Assembly (NCBI GenBank): GCA_963826245.1
Contig: CAWGWM010000003.1
Span: 99,194 to 163,193, forward strand
Direction of reading: 5' to 3'
DNA from: an uncultured Thermoleophilia bacterium
GTDB lineage: Bacteria > Actinomycetota > Thermoleophilia > Gaiellales > Gaiellaceae
DNA: 64,000 nt
Shown: positions 1 to 9,818 of the stretch, piece by piece
Numbering within the stretch: the first letter of the stretch is position 1
How the letters are laid out: each line of letters starts with the position of its first letter
Made by a program: the position numbers and the translations under genes
The notes under the pieces: generated by a model
The model's database searches: none
What the model was told of the DNA's origin: nothing
What the model saw: only the letters and a program-made list of their open reading frames with translations

Positions 1-645
1 GGTGATCAGCCCGTCGACCCCCATGGAAACGAGCTCACGCGCGCGACCCGCAACGTTTGCGGGCCACGTCATGACGAAGTCGGCGACCGAGCGCAGCTCC
101 AGCATGGTGGCGGGGTCGAGGAGCCGTTCGTGGACGGAGACCCCCTGCAGACGATGCCTGCGACCACGACGGAGCAGCGCCTGCAGCTGCCGGGCGCTAC
201 CGGCCGAGTGAACTGTGCGAATGCCGGGCAGCCCTTCGAAGGGCTCGAGCAGCGCCCAGGCGCGGGCGCAGACCGTCACCCGCCGCTTGCCGACGAGTGG
301 ACGCAAGGCGCCGAGAACGTCGGCGGCGAGTCGCGGGTTTCGCCCCTTGAGGTCGAGCATCAGCTCCGTTTGCTGCCCGGTTACCTCGAGCAGCGCGTCG
401 AGTCGAAGGCGGGGCGCGAAAGGGCTCGCCAGCTGCCACGTGTCCCAGAGGACGGGGATCGGGCCGAGAGTCTTCAGATGGCGAACCTCGAGGCGGCCGC
501 GGAAGAGACGGACGTCGGCTTCGATCAGGCTCGCGCCGGCAGCCTCGGCTGCCCGAAGTCGGCCAAGGTCGTTCCCTGCCCGGTGCGCGACGAAGAAAGG
601 ATGCCCCTGCCGTCGCGCGCCGCCGCTGGCGGTGCGCGAGCTCAC
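1..645 (-). CDS. Glycerophosphodiester phosphodiesterase (GDPD)-like protein, 3' end runs off the window
   Basis: Not in the ORF track. Manual translation from GTG at 645 (GTGA overlap with the upstream stop) gives ...FFVAHRAGN...LIEADV...LMLDLK...MTWPAN...ELVSMGVDGLIT, the AHR, E-x-D and GVDGLIT motifs of GDPD. Confidence 0.85.
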   Translation of the reverse strand, partial: MSSRTASGGARRQGHPFFVAHRAGNDLGRLRAAEAAGASLIEADVRLFRGRLEVRHLKTLGPIPVLWDTWQLASPFAPRLRLDALLEVTGQQTELMLDLKGRNPRLAADVLGALRPLVGKRRVTVCARAWALLEPFEGLPGIRTVHSAGSARQLQALLRRGRRHRLQGVSVHERLLDPATMLELRSVADFVMTWPANVAGRARELVSMGVDGLIT

Positions 646-1496
646 GCCGACGAGTGTAGCGAGGCCCGAGATCGCGGGTTGTTCGGATTTTGCTCAGACG
701 AAGGCGACCGCGCCTCGGCGCGTTCGCGCCGCTCCAACGCCAGGGCGACGGCGAGTCCGATCGCGACGACCACGATGCTGGCGACGACGTCGAGAACGAA
801 GTGGTTCGCCGTCGCGATCACCGAGAACGCCATCGCAAGTGGCATCGCGACGGCGAACACGCGGACCGCGGCCGATGCGAATGCCGCAACCAGGACGATC
901 CCGACGAGGAGGTTCCAACCGAAGTGGAGGCTCGGCATTGCGGCGTACTGGTTGGTCAGGCTCGGTGGCTGCAATGCTCGGTAGGCGTGCGAGTGCTCCA
1001 GCACCGTGTCATCGAGACCCATGCCCGCGAGCCGGGGTGGCGCTGTCGGTAGCCGGTAGAAGAACAGGAAGCCGATCAGCCCCGAGGTGATGATCGCGTT
1101 GCGGAGGACGCGGTAGTGGCTCGGCCGATGCAGGTAGAGGAACGTCGCGGCGCCGATGATCACGGGCCAGTGCCCCCAGATGTAGATCCAGTTGACGAGC
1201 GTGACGAGCGTGACGCTGCCGCTCACGAGCGACTGGATCGATTCCTCCCAGGCGATTCCGAGCGCGTTCTCGATCCTCTCGATCGCCTTCGCATTCGAGA
1301 CCGCCTGCGTGATGCTGCCCTCCGTGACGGCCCTCACTGCGCAGTACACGGCGGCCGCGAACCCGACGATTGCAAGCTCACGGCCCAGCCTACGAAGGAC
1401 CGACGCCCGACCCGCGCCGTTCGCGAGGTGACCCTGGCCAATAGGACGCCGCGGCCTGATTCCGCGAGAGCCCCACGCACCCTGTGAGCCAACCAT
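642..1496 (-). CDS. PAP2-superfamily membrane protein (Aur1/Ipt1 inositolphosphotransferase-like)
   Basis: Motifs WIYIWGHWP, PTAPPRL, YAAMPSLHFGW and ATANHFVLD, with several hydrophobic segments. ATG at 1496 follows a GGAGG RBS. Confidence 0.85.
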   Translation of the reverse strand: MVGSQGAWGSRGIRPRRPIGQGHLANGAGRASVLRRLGRELAIVGFAAAVYCAVRAVTEGSITQAVSNAKAIERIENALGIAWEESIQSLVSGSVTLVTLVNWIYIWGHWPVIIGAATFLYLHRPSHYRVLRNAIITSGLIGFLFFYRLPTAPPRLAGMGLDDTVLEHSHAYRALQPPSLTNQYAAMPSLHFGWNLLVGIVLVAAFASAAVRVFAVAMPLAMAFSVIATANHFVLDVVASIVVVAIGLAVALALERRERAEARSPSSEQNPNNPRSRASLHSSA

Positions 1497-1573
1497 CGGT
1501 GTCCTCCACCTCCAGTATGCCTCATGCCAGCCGGGCATGCAGCCTCCCGGCAGGCGGGGTCAGCGTGGGGCAG

Positions 1574-3145
1574 TTACGGCACGGCGACTGCGAGGCCGAC
1601 ACCCATCATCTTGAGGTCGATCAGGCCGAGCGTGGCGAAGATCGCGAAGACGGCCACCATCACGACCGCCGCGTTCGTGACGACGCTCGCTGTCGCCTGG
1701 ATGCCGTGGGCGATCGCCCGATCCGTGGGCATGCCGCTGTCGTAGGCTTCGCGCACGCGGCTCAGGATGAGCACGTGGTAGTCCATCGAGAGGCCGAAGA
1801 GGATGACGAAGAGGAAGAGAGGCAGCCACGTGGTCACGCCGCCGATCGACTGGAAGCCGAGGGCTGATTCGAACCGACCGTCCTGGAAGACGAGGACGAG
1901 AACGCCGTAGGCGGCACCGACCGAGAGCAGGTTGAGGACGATCGCCTTCAGCGGGATGACGATCGAGCGGAGGGTGAGCAGGAGCAGGATGAAGGTCATG
2001 CTGAGCACGAACGCGAACACGAGTGGCGCGTGGGACTTCATCGAGTCGTTGAAGTCACGCGAGGCGGCCGTGAGTCCCGTCGTGTGGGCTTCCGCGCCGG
2101 GGACGAGACCGATGATCGTGGGGATGACGCGGTCGCGCAGCACGTCGAGCGCGTCGTTCGACGCGGCATCGGTGCCCGCGCCTGCAAGCGGGATCTGGAT
2201 CCTGGCGGCCCGACCCGAGTCGCTCGGCTCGACGCTGATCGGCTCCTTCATCAGGCCGCTCGCGAGCGCGCTTCGCCTCAGCTCTTCGATTCCGGCACGA
2301 ACCGCCGGAGCATCGACGTCTGGCGCGCTGACCGCGACAAGCGCCGGAACCGGGCCGCCCGGAAACGCGCTCTCAACGCGGTCGTAGACCTTCATCACCG
2401 GCAGGTCGTGCGGTAGCCCCTGCACCAGCACGGCCGTGAATCCGAGCAGCAGCGGGATCCCGGCCGCGACGAGCGCTCCGAAGGCGAGGAAGAGAATCAG
2501 GAAAGTCACCGGCAGCGACGTGAACTCGGCCCGCCTGAAGTCGTCCGCGATCCGCTTGCTGATCGCCTCGTTCGCGCTGCCGTCACCGACCTGCCCGATG
2601 TAAAGCGTCGGGTAGGCCCGCTGCACCGCGGCCGTCGCAGCCAGCGTCGGGCCGACTCGATACCCGGCGGTGTTCGGATCCCCCTTGATCTGGAACGTGA
2701 CGAGCGCCGAGCGACCGTCGGCAGAGAGTTGGCCGGTGTTGCCGGCGCCCAGCGGCGAGACGATCGATGCCAGCGTGGGCACTCGAGAGAGACGCAGCAC
2801 GAGTTCGTCGACGGCCGCCGCCAACTCGGCCGCGCCGAGCCGACCGTCGCGGCTCTGGATCAGCACGAGCTCACGCGCCCGCTCCGTCGGGAACTCCCGC
2901 GCCAGCACCTGCTCGACCGCGTGGGAGTCACCGATCGCGAAGTCCTCGTCCTTCATCAGCACGAGGCCGGACGCCTGACCGATCACGAACGCCACGACAA
3001 CGAAGCACAACCAACCGAGCACCGCGGCCCAGCGATGGCGAGCACTCCAGCGAGCTGCCTTCGCAGTCAGGTTTTCGGGCACCGTTGTCTGGAGCTTCTC
3101 GGGCGCCATTGCCTGGAGCGCTGCAAACCCACGGCGTGTGGTCAT
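1574..3145 (-). pseudogene. MMPL/RND-family transporter with internal deletion and truncated C-terminus
   Basis: MMPL motifs present (PLFLFVILFGLSMDYHVLILSRVRE, TASVVTNAAVVMVAVF). The first TM bundle jumps from GIPLLLGFTAVL straight to VQGLPHDLP, lacking the first GxxxDY helix set. The ORF ends at GLAVAVP* without the last TM helix. Confidence 0.75.
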
Positions 3146-3217
3146 CGGTGATCGTCCGTAGTCCGACGACGGGTTCCCCCGACAGCGCCTCTCGAGGTCG
3201 AACGGCGTGATTCGCCG

Positions 3218-3577
3218 CTAGTCCCATGCCTCCACGTCGACCTCCGACGTGATCCGACCGCCGGCGAGCTCGATGATGACCTGCTCGATGATCCGGCGGC
3301 CATCCTCGAAGCGAGCCGTGAGCCGGTAGGCGGCCCGGGACTCGCCGATCACCTCGTGCGAGATCCTCAGCTCGACCGGTGACGTGGCGACGCCTTCGAG
3401 GAACGAGTGGATCTGGCGCAGGCCGCGCATCACGTTTGGCGAGCGAGGCGGGTTGCGCTCTCGATACTCGTACTACTCCGCGTCCTCGGCGAAGAAGCTG
3501 CTCCACGCCGGCACGTCCTTGCGCTCGACCGCAGCCGCGTACGCAGTGAAGTCGAAAGAGTCGTGGCCACCACCCAC
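3218..3577 (-). pseudogene. SnoaL/NTF2-like protein interrupted by an in-frame TAG (3473-3475)
   Basis: ORFs 3473..3682 and 3218..3433 are in the same frame: ...FFAEDAE*YEYRERNPPRSPNVMRG...RITSEVDVEAWD. The start is approximate. Confidence 0.65.
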
Positions 3578-3772
3578 GGCCCGCAAGCCTATCCGGCGGC
3601 CGCGGGACAGGCGGGTCAGACGGGTCAGACGTGGAGCCTCAGCGACGACTCGGCGATACGGGCTCGAGTGGTTCGAGGCCATAGAGCAGCGCTCCGAGGA
3701 GTAGTGCCCGCGCCGCCGACACGCCGCCCGTGACGTATACGGTTCCTGGTGACACTCGCCGACGGGACGACA

Positions 3773-4490
3773 ATGAAGAGAGCCGAGACGACATCGTCAG
3801 ATCGTGCAGGCCGCTCGTTCTCGCCCGCGCTGTTCGCGTTTCTGCGCGACCTGCGCGAGAACAACGACCGCGAGTGGTTCAAGGCCAACAAGCAGCGCTA
3901 CGAGGAGTCCGTGCTCGAGCCCGCGCTCGAGCTCATCGCCGACTTCGCGCCGCGCCTGCACCGGATCAGCCCGCACTTCGTCGCCGACCCGCGTCCGGTC
4001 GGCGGGTCGCTCTTCCGGATCTACCGCGACACGCGCTTCAGCAAGGACAAGACGCCCTACAAGACGGCTACCGGGATCCAGTTCCGGCACGAGCTCGCCC
4101 GTAGCGCGCACGCTCCCGGCTTCTACCTCCACCTCGAGCCACGCTCGGTGTTCGTCGGCGTCGGTATCTGGCGGCCGGACGCCGCGACCCTCGGCAAGAT
4201 CCGCACGGCGATCGCCGAGAGCCCCGAGGAGTGGACGGCCGTCAGGTCGAAGGGCGGGCTCGGCCGGGGCTTCGAGCTCCGGGGCGACTCGTTGAAGCGC
4301 CCGCCGGCCGGCTACGACCCGGCGCACCCGCTGATCGAGGATCTCAAGCGCAAGGACTTCATCGCGGTCGCAACGCTCACACGAGAAGGCCGTCGTCTCG
4401 AAGGGCTTCGCCGACGAGCTCGAGGAGCTGTTCGGCTCCGCTGCACCGCTCGCGCGATTCGTCTGCGCGGCGACGGCTGTGCCCTTCTAG
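3773..4490 (+). CDS. DUF2461 family protein (TIGR02453-like), +1 frameshift near 4380
   Basis: Motifs LRENNDREWFKANK, FRIYRDTRFSKDKTPYK, APGFYLHL and IEDLKRKDF. The shifted frame gives a natural C-terminus (KGFADELEELF...AVPF*) ending at TAG 4488-4490. Confidence 0.9.
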
Positions 4491-5752
4491 GCGGGTGCCT
4501 CGGTGCCCGGGGGCTTGATCGTGGCCGTGAAGGCGGCGGCGACGAGCGTGACCGCGGCGCACAGGAGGATGACCGGTGAGTACGAGCCGAATGCGTCGTT
4601 TCCGAGCGAGAGGAGGAGCGGTCCGACGGCGGAGGACCCCACCATGATGCTCGCGGCGATGCCGATGATCGCTGCGATATGGCCCGTCCCGAACCAGCGA
4701 GGATAGGTCGCGGAGCTGATTGCGCGGATCTGCCCCATCCCGACGCCGAACACGAAGCCGTACAGGTAGGCGATGGGGCCGGGGCTGACGACGGTCGCGA
4801 GGACCATCCCGAACGCGAGCGTGACTCCGGCGATGGGAAGGAGGATCCGGGCCGAGACCCGGTCGCTGAGCCAGCCGAACAGGAACCCGGCCGTGACCGT
4901 TCCGAGAACCTGGGGCAGGAACACGGTCGCGGCCTCGATCCGGTTCAGGCCCTGGGCCGTCAGGATCGCGAACTGGTGGAAGATGAGCCCCGTGCCGATG
5001 CTCGCGCTCAGGGCCGAGATCGAGGCCACGGCCCAGAAGGCCTTCGTACGCACTGCGTCGTGCGACGTGTAGGAGCGCCGCTCGATGCCCGACCCTGCTG
5101 ACGGCTCCGCGCGACCGTCGGGCACCTGCCCGATGTCCGCCGGACGGTCGATGATGGCGAACAGCGCGATCGGCACGACGGTGAGCCAGATCACGATCCC
5201 GGACACGACCCAGGCGCCTCGCCAGCCAACCGCAGTGATCACCTGCGTGAGCGCGAGTGGGGCGAGTGCCATCATCCCGGCCGATACCGTCATCGAGATG
5301 CCGATCGCGAGGCCGCGCCGACGGTTGAACCAGAGCGCGATGCCCGTCTGACCCGTGAGGGTCAGGGCGCCCTGTCCCAGCATGCGAATCCCGACGAAGG
5401 CGAGGGCGAGAGTGACGATCCCGTGCACCGCTCCCGTCGCGATGAGGGCCGCGCCGAAGGCTGTTCCGATCACGAGCAGCGCACGGCTGATGCCCGCGAC
5501 ATCGACCCACCGACCGACGAGCGGCAGGGCGATCGCTCCGATCACGGTTCCGACGAGGTACGCGCCCGAAACGGCGGAGCGGGAGAGGTCGAGCGCGCCG
5601 ATGAACTCGTCGATGAAGACGGCGACGCCGACTGTCTGTCCCGGCGCGCTCAGGCCCAGGATCAACGTGCACCAGGCGAGCATCCACCAACCGCGGAACC
5701 GACGCCTCTCTCCGGCCACCGGGAACGTGACGATCGATTGCCCGGCTTCCAC
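4487..5752 (-). CDS. MFS transporter
   Basis: About 12 hydrophobic segments, with GRWVDVAG and GWLSDRVSAR MFS loop motifs. Confidence 0.9.
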   Translation of the reverse strand: MEAGQSIVTFPVAGERRRFRGWWMLAWCTLILGLSAPGQTVGVAVFIDEFIGALDLSRSAVSGAYLVGTVIGAIALPLVGRWVDVAGISRALLVIGTAFGAALIATGAVHGIVTLALAFVGIRMLGQGALTLTGQTGIALWFNRRRGLAIGISMTVSAGMMALAPLALTQVITAVGWRGAWVVSGIVIWLTVVPIALFAIIDRPADIGQVPDGRAEPSAGSGIERRSYTSHDAVRTKAFWAVASISALSASIGTGLIFHQFAILTAQGLNRIEAATVFLPQVLGTVTAGFLFGWLSDRVSARILLPIAGVTLAFGMVLATVVSPGPIAYLYGFVFGVGMGQIRAISSATYPRWFGTGHIAAIIGIAASIMVGSSAVGPLLLSLGNDAFGSYSPVILLCAAVTLVAAAFTATIKPPGTEAPA

Positions 5753-5866
5753 TGCGATCCAGCCTAGCGAAGCGCCCGGCGCGATCCTCGCCGAGGGGCG
5801 GCCGGGCGCCCGGCGCCGGAGCCGACACGACCGAGGTCGCGTGGCGGCGCCGGGCTCGCACCGGTT

Positions 5867-6286
5867 TCAGGCTTGCGCCATCGCCGGCAATGCGCCGATC
5901 TGGCCGAGAAGCGCGACGGTGTCGACGATCTCCCACTCCTCGGCGATCCGTCCGCCTTCGCAGCGGCTGATCGTGATTCCGCTGAACGCCACGTCCCTTC
6001 CGCTCGGCGGCATCCCCATCAGGTCGCCGTCGTGCGTGCCCGTGATCGTGTAGCGCGTCGTCACGTAGTCTCCGTCGGCGAATTGCTGCTCGATCGCAAC
6101 GCTCAGCCCACTGAGCGCCGCGCGAAAGACCTGCACCCGCTGCTTGAGGCCGTCAGGGCCCCGAACGTCGTCGGGATGGAGCGTGTAGTCGGCCGCGACG
6201 ATGTCGTCGAGCGCGTCGAAGTTCCCCTGAGACGCGTTCTCGAAACATGCGCGTACCGCTGCCTTGTTCTCGTCGTTGCTGCCCAT
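5867..6286 (-). CDS. SnoaL-like ester cyclase family protein
   Basis: ENKAAVR...IEQQFADGDYVTTRYTITGTHDGDLMGMPPSGR...GRIAEEW, with a GGAGG RBS before ATG 6286. Confidence 0.9.
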   Translation of the reverse strand: MGSNDENKAAVRACFENASQGNFDALDDIVAADYTLHPDDVRGPDGLKQRVQVFRAALSGLSVAIEQQFADGDYVTTRYTITGTHDGDLMGMPPSGRDVAFSGITISRCEGGRIAEEWEIVDTVALLGQIGALPAMAQA

Positions 6287-6372
6287 TCCGTTCCTCCTCC
6301 AGTCGTTTGACCTGACGACCTGGAGGATCGCGTCGGTGGCGTGGGGATGCATCGGTAGGACTACCTACGTGG

Positions 6373-8013
6373 CTACCGATCTTTTGCCGGGCGGCGCACC
6401 GCGTACGTCGCAGCCTCGGAACGACTGCGCAGCCCGAGCTTCGAGAGGATGTGGGCCACGTGGTGCTCGGCGGTGCGGCGGCTGATCACGAGTCGCTGCG
6501 CGATCTCCTCGTTCGTGCATCCATCGCCGAGCAGTGTCAGCACCTCGAGCTCGCGCCTGGTCAGGTTGCCGGCCTGCCTCGGGGACGTCCGTCCGGTCGC
6601 GCCGAGGTCACGGAGCAGAGCTGCCGTGAGGTCAGCGTCGGCGAGCGCGCCGATCCGCTCGAACGCTCCGAGCGCAAGCTGCGCCTCCGCGACGGCGGCC
6701 ACCGGCGCGTCCGCCGAGAGCGCCCGGGCGAGCTCTCGCTGGGCACGCGCTGCCTCGAGTGGGAGTTGAAGCCGGGAGAAGCGTCGCAGCGCGGCCTGGA
6801 GGTGTCCCGCTGTGCTCGCATCGCCTGTGGCGGCCTGAACACGCCCTTCTGCGAGCTCGGCGAACGCGAGCGCAGCGTCGTCCTCGTTCGAGGTCGCGAT
6901 GGCCGCAAGCTCTTCGAGTGCGGCGTGTGCGGCCGGCAGATCGTTCCGTGAGACGCTGATCTGCACCAGCATCTCGAGAATCGGGGCGCAGGCGGGATCG
7001 GTCCGTGTCTCGCCGGCGAGGCAGAGACGTGCGAGCTGATCCGCGAGGACGAGCTCTCCACGGGCGAGCGCAACGGCGGCGAGAGTGCGCCGGGCGATCG
7101 GATGAGACTCGTGGCCGTCGATCAGTCGGCGCGCCTCCTCGTAGCGTCCCTGGCGGGCCCGCAGGTCACCGAGTCGAGCGAGCGGCCAGCCGCTCAGCCC
7201 GCGGTAGCCTCCCTCGAAGACGCGCGCGGCCTCGAGGAGTTGCTCCTCGGCTTCGGCCCAGCGGCCGACTGCGATCAGAATGCCGCCGTAGTGCGTTCGG
7301 CAGACGGGGGAGACGAAGTCGCTCCAGGCGCCGAAGGCGCCGGCGACGGCGAGCCACTGCTCGGCCCGTGTCACGTCGAGGGCGGTCTCGCACGCGCTCA
7401 GCAACCGGCAGTAGATGTCGCCGACGGGGACCACGCCCACGACTTCTCCGGCGGAGACTGCGGTCATCGCCTCGTCGAGCAGCTTCATCCCTTCCCGCAC
7501 GCGGCCGGCGGCGACGTGGGACTCGCCGAGCAGCGAGAGCGCGTCGAACTCGAGGTCGACGTCGCCGAAGCGTCGTGCGATCGCGAGCGCCGCGGTCGCG
7601 AGCTTCTGACGTTCGTCGGCATCGTCGGCGAACGGAGCACCGTCGAGGACGAGCCAGCCGTGGCCGGCGCACTCGTCCTCGTTCTCGAGCAACGACGCTG
7701 CACGCGCCATCCAGCCGCTCGCGACGGTCATGTTGCCGTTGATCGTCCCGTGCAGGAATGCGAGCCATCGGGCGCGATCGGCTGCCGCGACCGGGTTGTT
7801 CTCCTGCCGGTAGGCGGCGAACGCGCGCTCGGTCACGTCGATCGCGCGCTGGTAGTCGTGCAGGAAATGGAGTGCCCGGCCGAACCCGTCGAGTGTCTCT
7901 CCGGTCTCTCGAATCGCGCCCGCACTCTCGAAGCAGGCACGCGCGTTTTCCCAATCGGCGTCCGCGAGCGCGTTCCAGCCGTCGCGAACAGGGTTGTCGG
8001 TCGTGCCGTCCAT
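6373..8013 (-). CDS. LuxR-family transcriptional regulator with N-terminal TPR-like region
   Basis: C-terminal LTRRELEVL...TNEEIAQRLVISRRTAEHHVAHILSKLG helix-turn-helix, preceded by long alanine-rich helical repeats. Confidence 0.9.
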   Translation of the reverse strand: MDGTTDNPVRDGWNALADADWENARACFESAGAIRETGETLDGFGRALHFLHDYQRAIDVTERAFAAYRQENNPVAAADRARWLAFLHGTINGNMTVASGWMARAASLLENEDECAGHGWLVLDGAPFADDADERQKLATAALAIARRFGDVDLEFDALSLLGESHVAAGRVREGMKLLDEAMTAVSAGEVVGVVPVGDIYCRLLSACETALDVTRAEQWLAVAGAFGAWSDFVSPVCRTHYGGILIAVGRWAEAEEQLLEAARVFEGGYRGLSGWPLARLGDLRARQGRYEEARRLIDGHESHPIARRTLAAVALARGELVLADQLARLCLAGETRTDPACAPILEMLVQISVSRNDLPAAHAALEELAAIATSNEDDAALAFAELAEGRVQAATGDASTAGHLQAALRRFSRLQLPLEAARAQRELARALSADAPVAAVAEAQLALGAFERIGALADADLTAALLRDLGATGRTSPRQAGNLTRRELEVLTLLGDGCTNEEIAQRLVISRRTAEHHVAHILSKLGLRSRSEAATYAVRRPAKDR

Positions 8014-8121
8014 GTCCCAATCTTCACATGGTCGGCCGAACGTGACGAGGGTCCCGGGATCTGCGGGGGCCTCGTCGGGCTGTGACAGCGATCGCTGGTC
8101 GACGTGTTCGATGCGCGACGG

Positions 8122-8562
8122 CTACGCCCAGAACGCGTCCCAGGCGTAGAGCCCGAAGAAGTGCTCGCGGCCGGAGACGAGCTGGCCGTCCTCGACCTCG
8201 AAGACGATGCAGCAGTCGACGTCGAGCTTCTTGCCGTTCCGCTCGCCGGTGTTCCGGTGGATCCCGACGACGGACTTCAGCTCCGCCTGGAAGGTGCCGG
8301 CCGTCTCGCCGCCGTACCTGCCGAACTGGCCGAAGACCGCGTCGCGGCCCTCGTAGCTCCCGGCGATGGGGCTTCGCCCGGGGGCGCCCGCGAGCTCACC
8401 GAGACGGACTGCCAGCACGGCCGTGCGGAGCGCGTGCTCGTGCGGCTGACCCGTGCCGAGATCGGTTGCGAGCGAGAGGGCGCCGACGACCTCGGCCGCG
8501 CGGATCGGTGCTTCGATCGAGGGCGCCTCGCCAGCGGGCCAAGCGGGCGGGTTCCCCGTCAT
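8122..8562 (-). pseudogene. Chimeric ORF: HD-GYP/LuxR regulator N-terminus fused to a SnoaL-like C-terminus
   Basis: The N part, AEVVGALSLATDLGTGQPHEHALRTAVLAVRLGELAG, is typical of HD-GYP-LuxR proteins. The C part, PGRSPIAGSYEGRDAV...GREHFFGLYAWDAFWA, is typical of SnoaL-like proteins. The junction is near 8385. Confidence 0.6.
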
Positions 8563-8592
8563 CGCGGCATCCTAACTCGATGGGCGAGGGCG

Positions 8593-9143
8593 CTACAGCG
8601 CGGAAGGCAGGGGAGACGCAATGCTCAACAGGACGTCGATCAACTCGGCGGGTGACGAGCGGTCGGCAGCGTCCGTGGCCCGGTGGATGAACGCGATGCG
8701 GCCGCCGGCGTCGACGACGAGGTCGATACCGAGGAGCAGAGTGTCGTCACCCTTCGTCACGCTGACCCGCTCGCGCGCGAGAAGCGCCGGGTGCCCGCGG
8801 CGAGGACGCGCGGGCGAAGGATCCAGGTGGGACGGGGTCGGAGAGCACCGAGCGCACGGTAGAGGGTGCGCTTCGGATCGGCGATGACGAGGATCCCCCC
8901 GAGCTCGAGCTCGGTGCGCCAGGCGGAAGCCCGCTCCGCGCTCTGCGGGGTGACGACGACGAGCCGGCCGCCGGCTCTCTCGATCTCGGGAGCGGCCTCC
9001 GCGACACGGCGGAGGTAGGAGCGGCAGACGTTTCAGCCGGGGTGGCGGCCGAGGTAGACGACCGACGGGTGGCCGGCGAGATCGTGCTCGGTGACCGGAG
9101 TGCCGTCGGCGTCTTGGAGCTGGAACGGCGGGAACGTGTCCAC
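8593..9143 (-). CDS. Probable selenoprotein: SelL-related / PRXL2 (AhpC-TSA_2) thioredoxin-fold redox protein, Sec at TGA 9035-9033; -1 frameshift near 8790
   Basis: Manual translation from GTG 9143: MDTFPPFQLQDADGTPV...SVVYLGRHPG-U-NVCRSYL...LVVVTP...VIADPKRTLYRALG... then, after a 1-nt shift, LLGIDLVVDAGGRIAFIHR...*. It has a UxxC motif and a SECIS-like hairpin downstream of the UGA. Confidence 0.85.
8996..9015 (-). promoter_or_regulatory. Bacterial SECIS-like hairpin of the SelL/PRXL2-like gene
   Basis: CCUCCGC-CGUGUC-GCGGAGG, a 7-bp stem whose loop starts 24 nt after the UGA and has G at loop position 2. Confidence 0.7.
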
Positions 9144-9182
9144 ACCGACAGGGTAGCAGTAATCAGGACAAAACTTGGACAG

Positions 9183-9818
9183 TCAGACGAGCCGGTTCTG
9201 GGTCGCCCAGCGCGCCAGCTCGTGGCGGCTCGAGAGCTGCAGCTTGCGGAGGACGCTCGAGACGTGGCTCTCGACCGTCTTCACGGAGAGGCTGAGTCGG
9301 GCCGCGATCTCCTTGTACATGTAGCCGCGCGCGATCAGCTGCAGCACCTCTCGCTCCCTCGGAGTGAGCTCGTCGAGCTCCGTGTTGCCGCCCACCTGCT
9401 CGCCGGCCCGGAATGCGTCGAGTGCGAATCCCGCGAGCCGTGGCGAGAACACCGCGTCCCCTTCTGCCACGCGCTCGATCGCGCTCGTCAGCTCCTCGCC
9501 CGAGATCGTCTTCGTCACGTACCCGCGCGCGCCGGCCCGGATCACGGCCATCACGTCCTCGGCGGCGTCCGAGACCGACAGCGCGAGGAAGCGCACGCCT
9601 GGTCGATCGGGCGCGACCGCGTTGATCACGGTGTCGCCGCCACCGTCCGGAAGGTGGACGTCGAGGAGGACGACGTCGGGGTCGAGATCGCGGATGAGCG
9701 GCACGGCCTCCGCGACGGTCGCCGCCTCACCGACGACCTCGACCGCATCGCCGAGCTCGGCCCGGACGCCCGAGCGGAAGAGGTGGTGGTCGTCGACGAG
9801 GACGACGCGGCGTCTCAC
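9183..9818 (-). CDS. NarL/LuxR-family response regulator
   Basis: VVLVDDHHLFRSG, VVLLDVHLPD and GARGYVTK receiver motifs, plus LTPREREVLQLIARG helix-turn-helix. GTG 9818 overlaps the kinase stop. Confidence 0.95.
   Translation of the reverse strand: MRRRVVLVDDHHLFRSGVRAELGDAVEVVGEAATVAEAVPLIRDLDPDVVLLDVHLPDGGGDTVINAVAPDRPGVRFLALSVSDAAEDVMAVIRAGARGYVTKTISGEELTSAIERVAEGDAVFSPRLAGFALDAFRAGEQVGGNTELDELTPREREVLQLIARGYMYKEIAARLSLSVKTVESHVSSVLRKLQLSSRHELARWATQNRLV

Noticed and set aside
3473-3475. In-frame TAG in the SnoaL-like gene as possible pyrrolysine or readthrough
   Set aside because: The position probably corresponds to Trp (TGG to TAG is one substitution), it is not a known catalytic site, and there are no pyl genes in the window. 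A nonsense mutation or base error is simpler.
3612-3631. Short direct repeat CGGGTCAGA x2
   Set aside because: Only two copies with no spacers. It is not a CRISPR array or iteron set.
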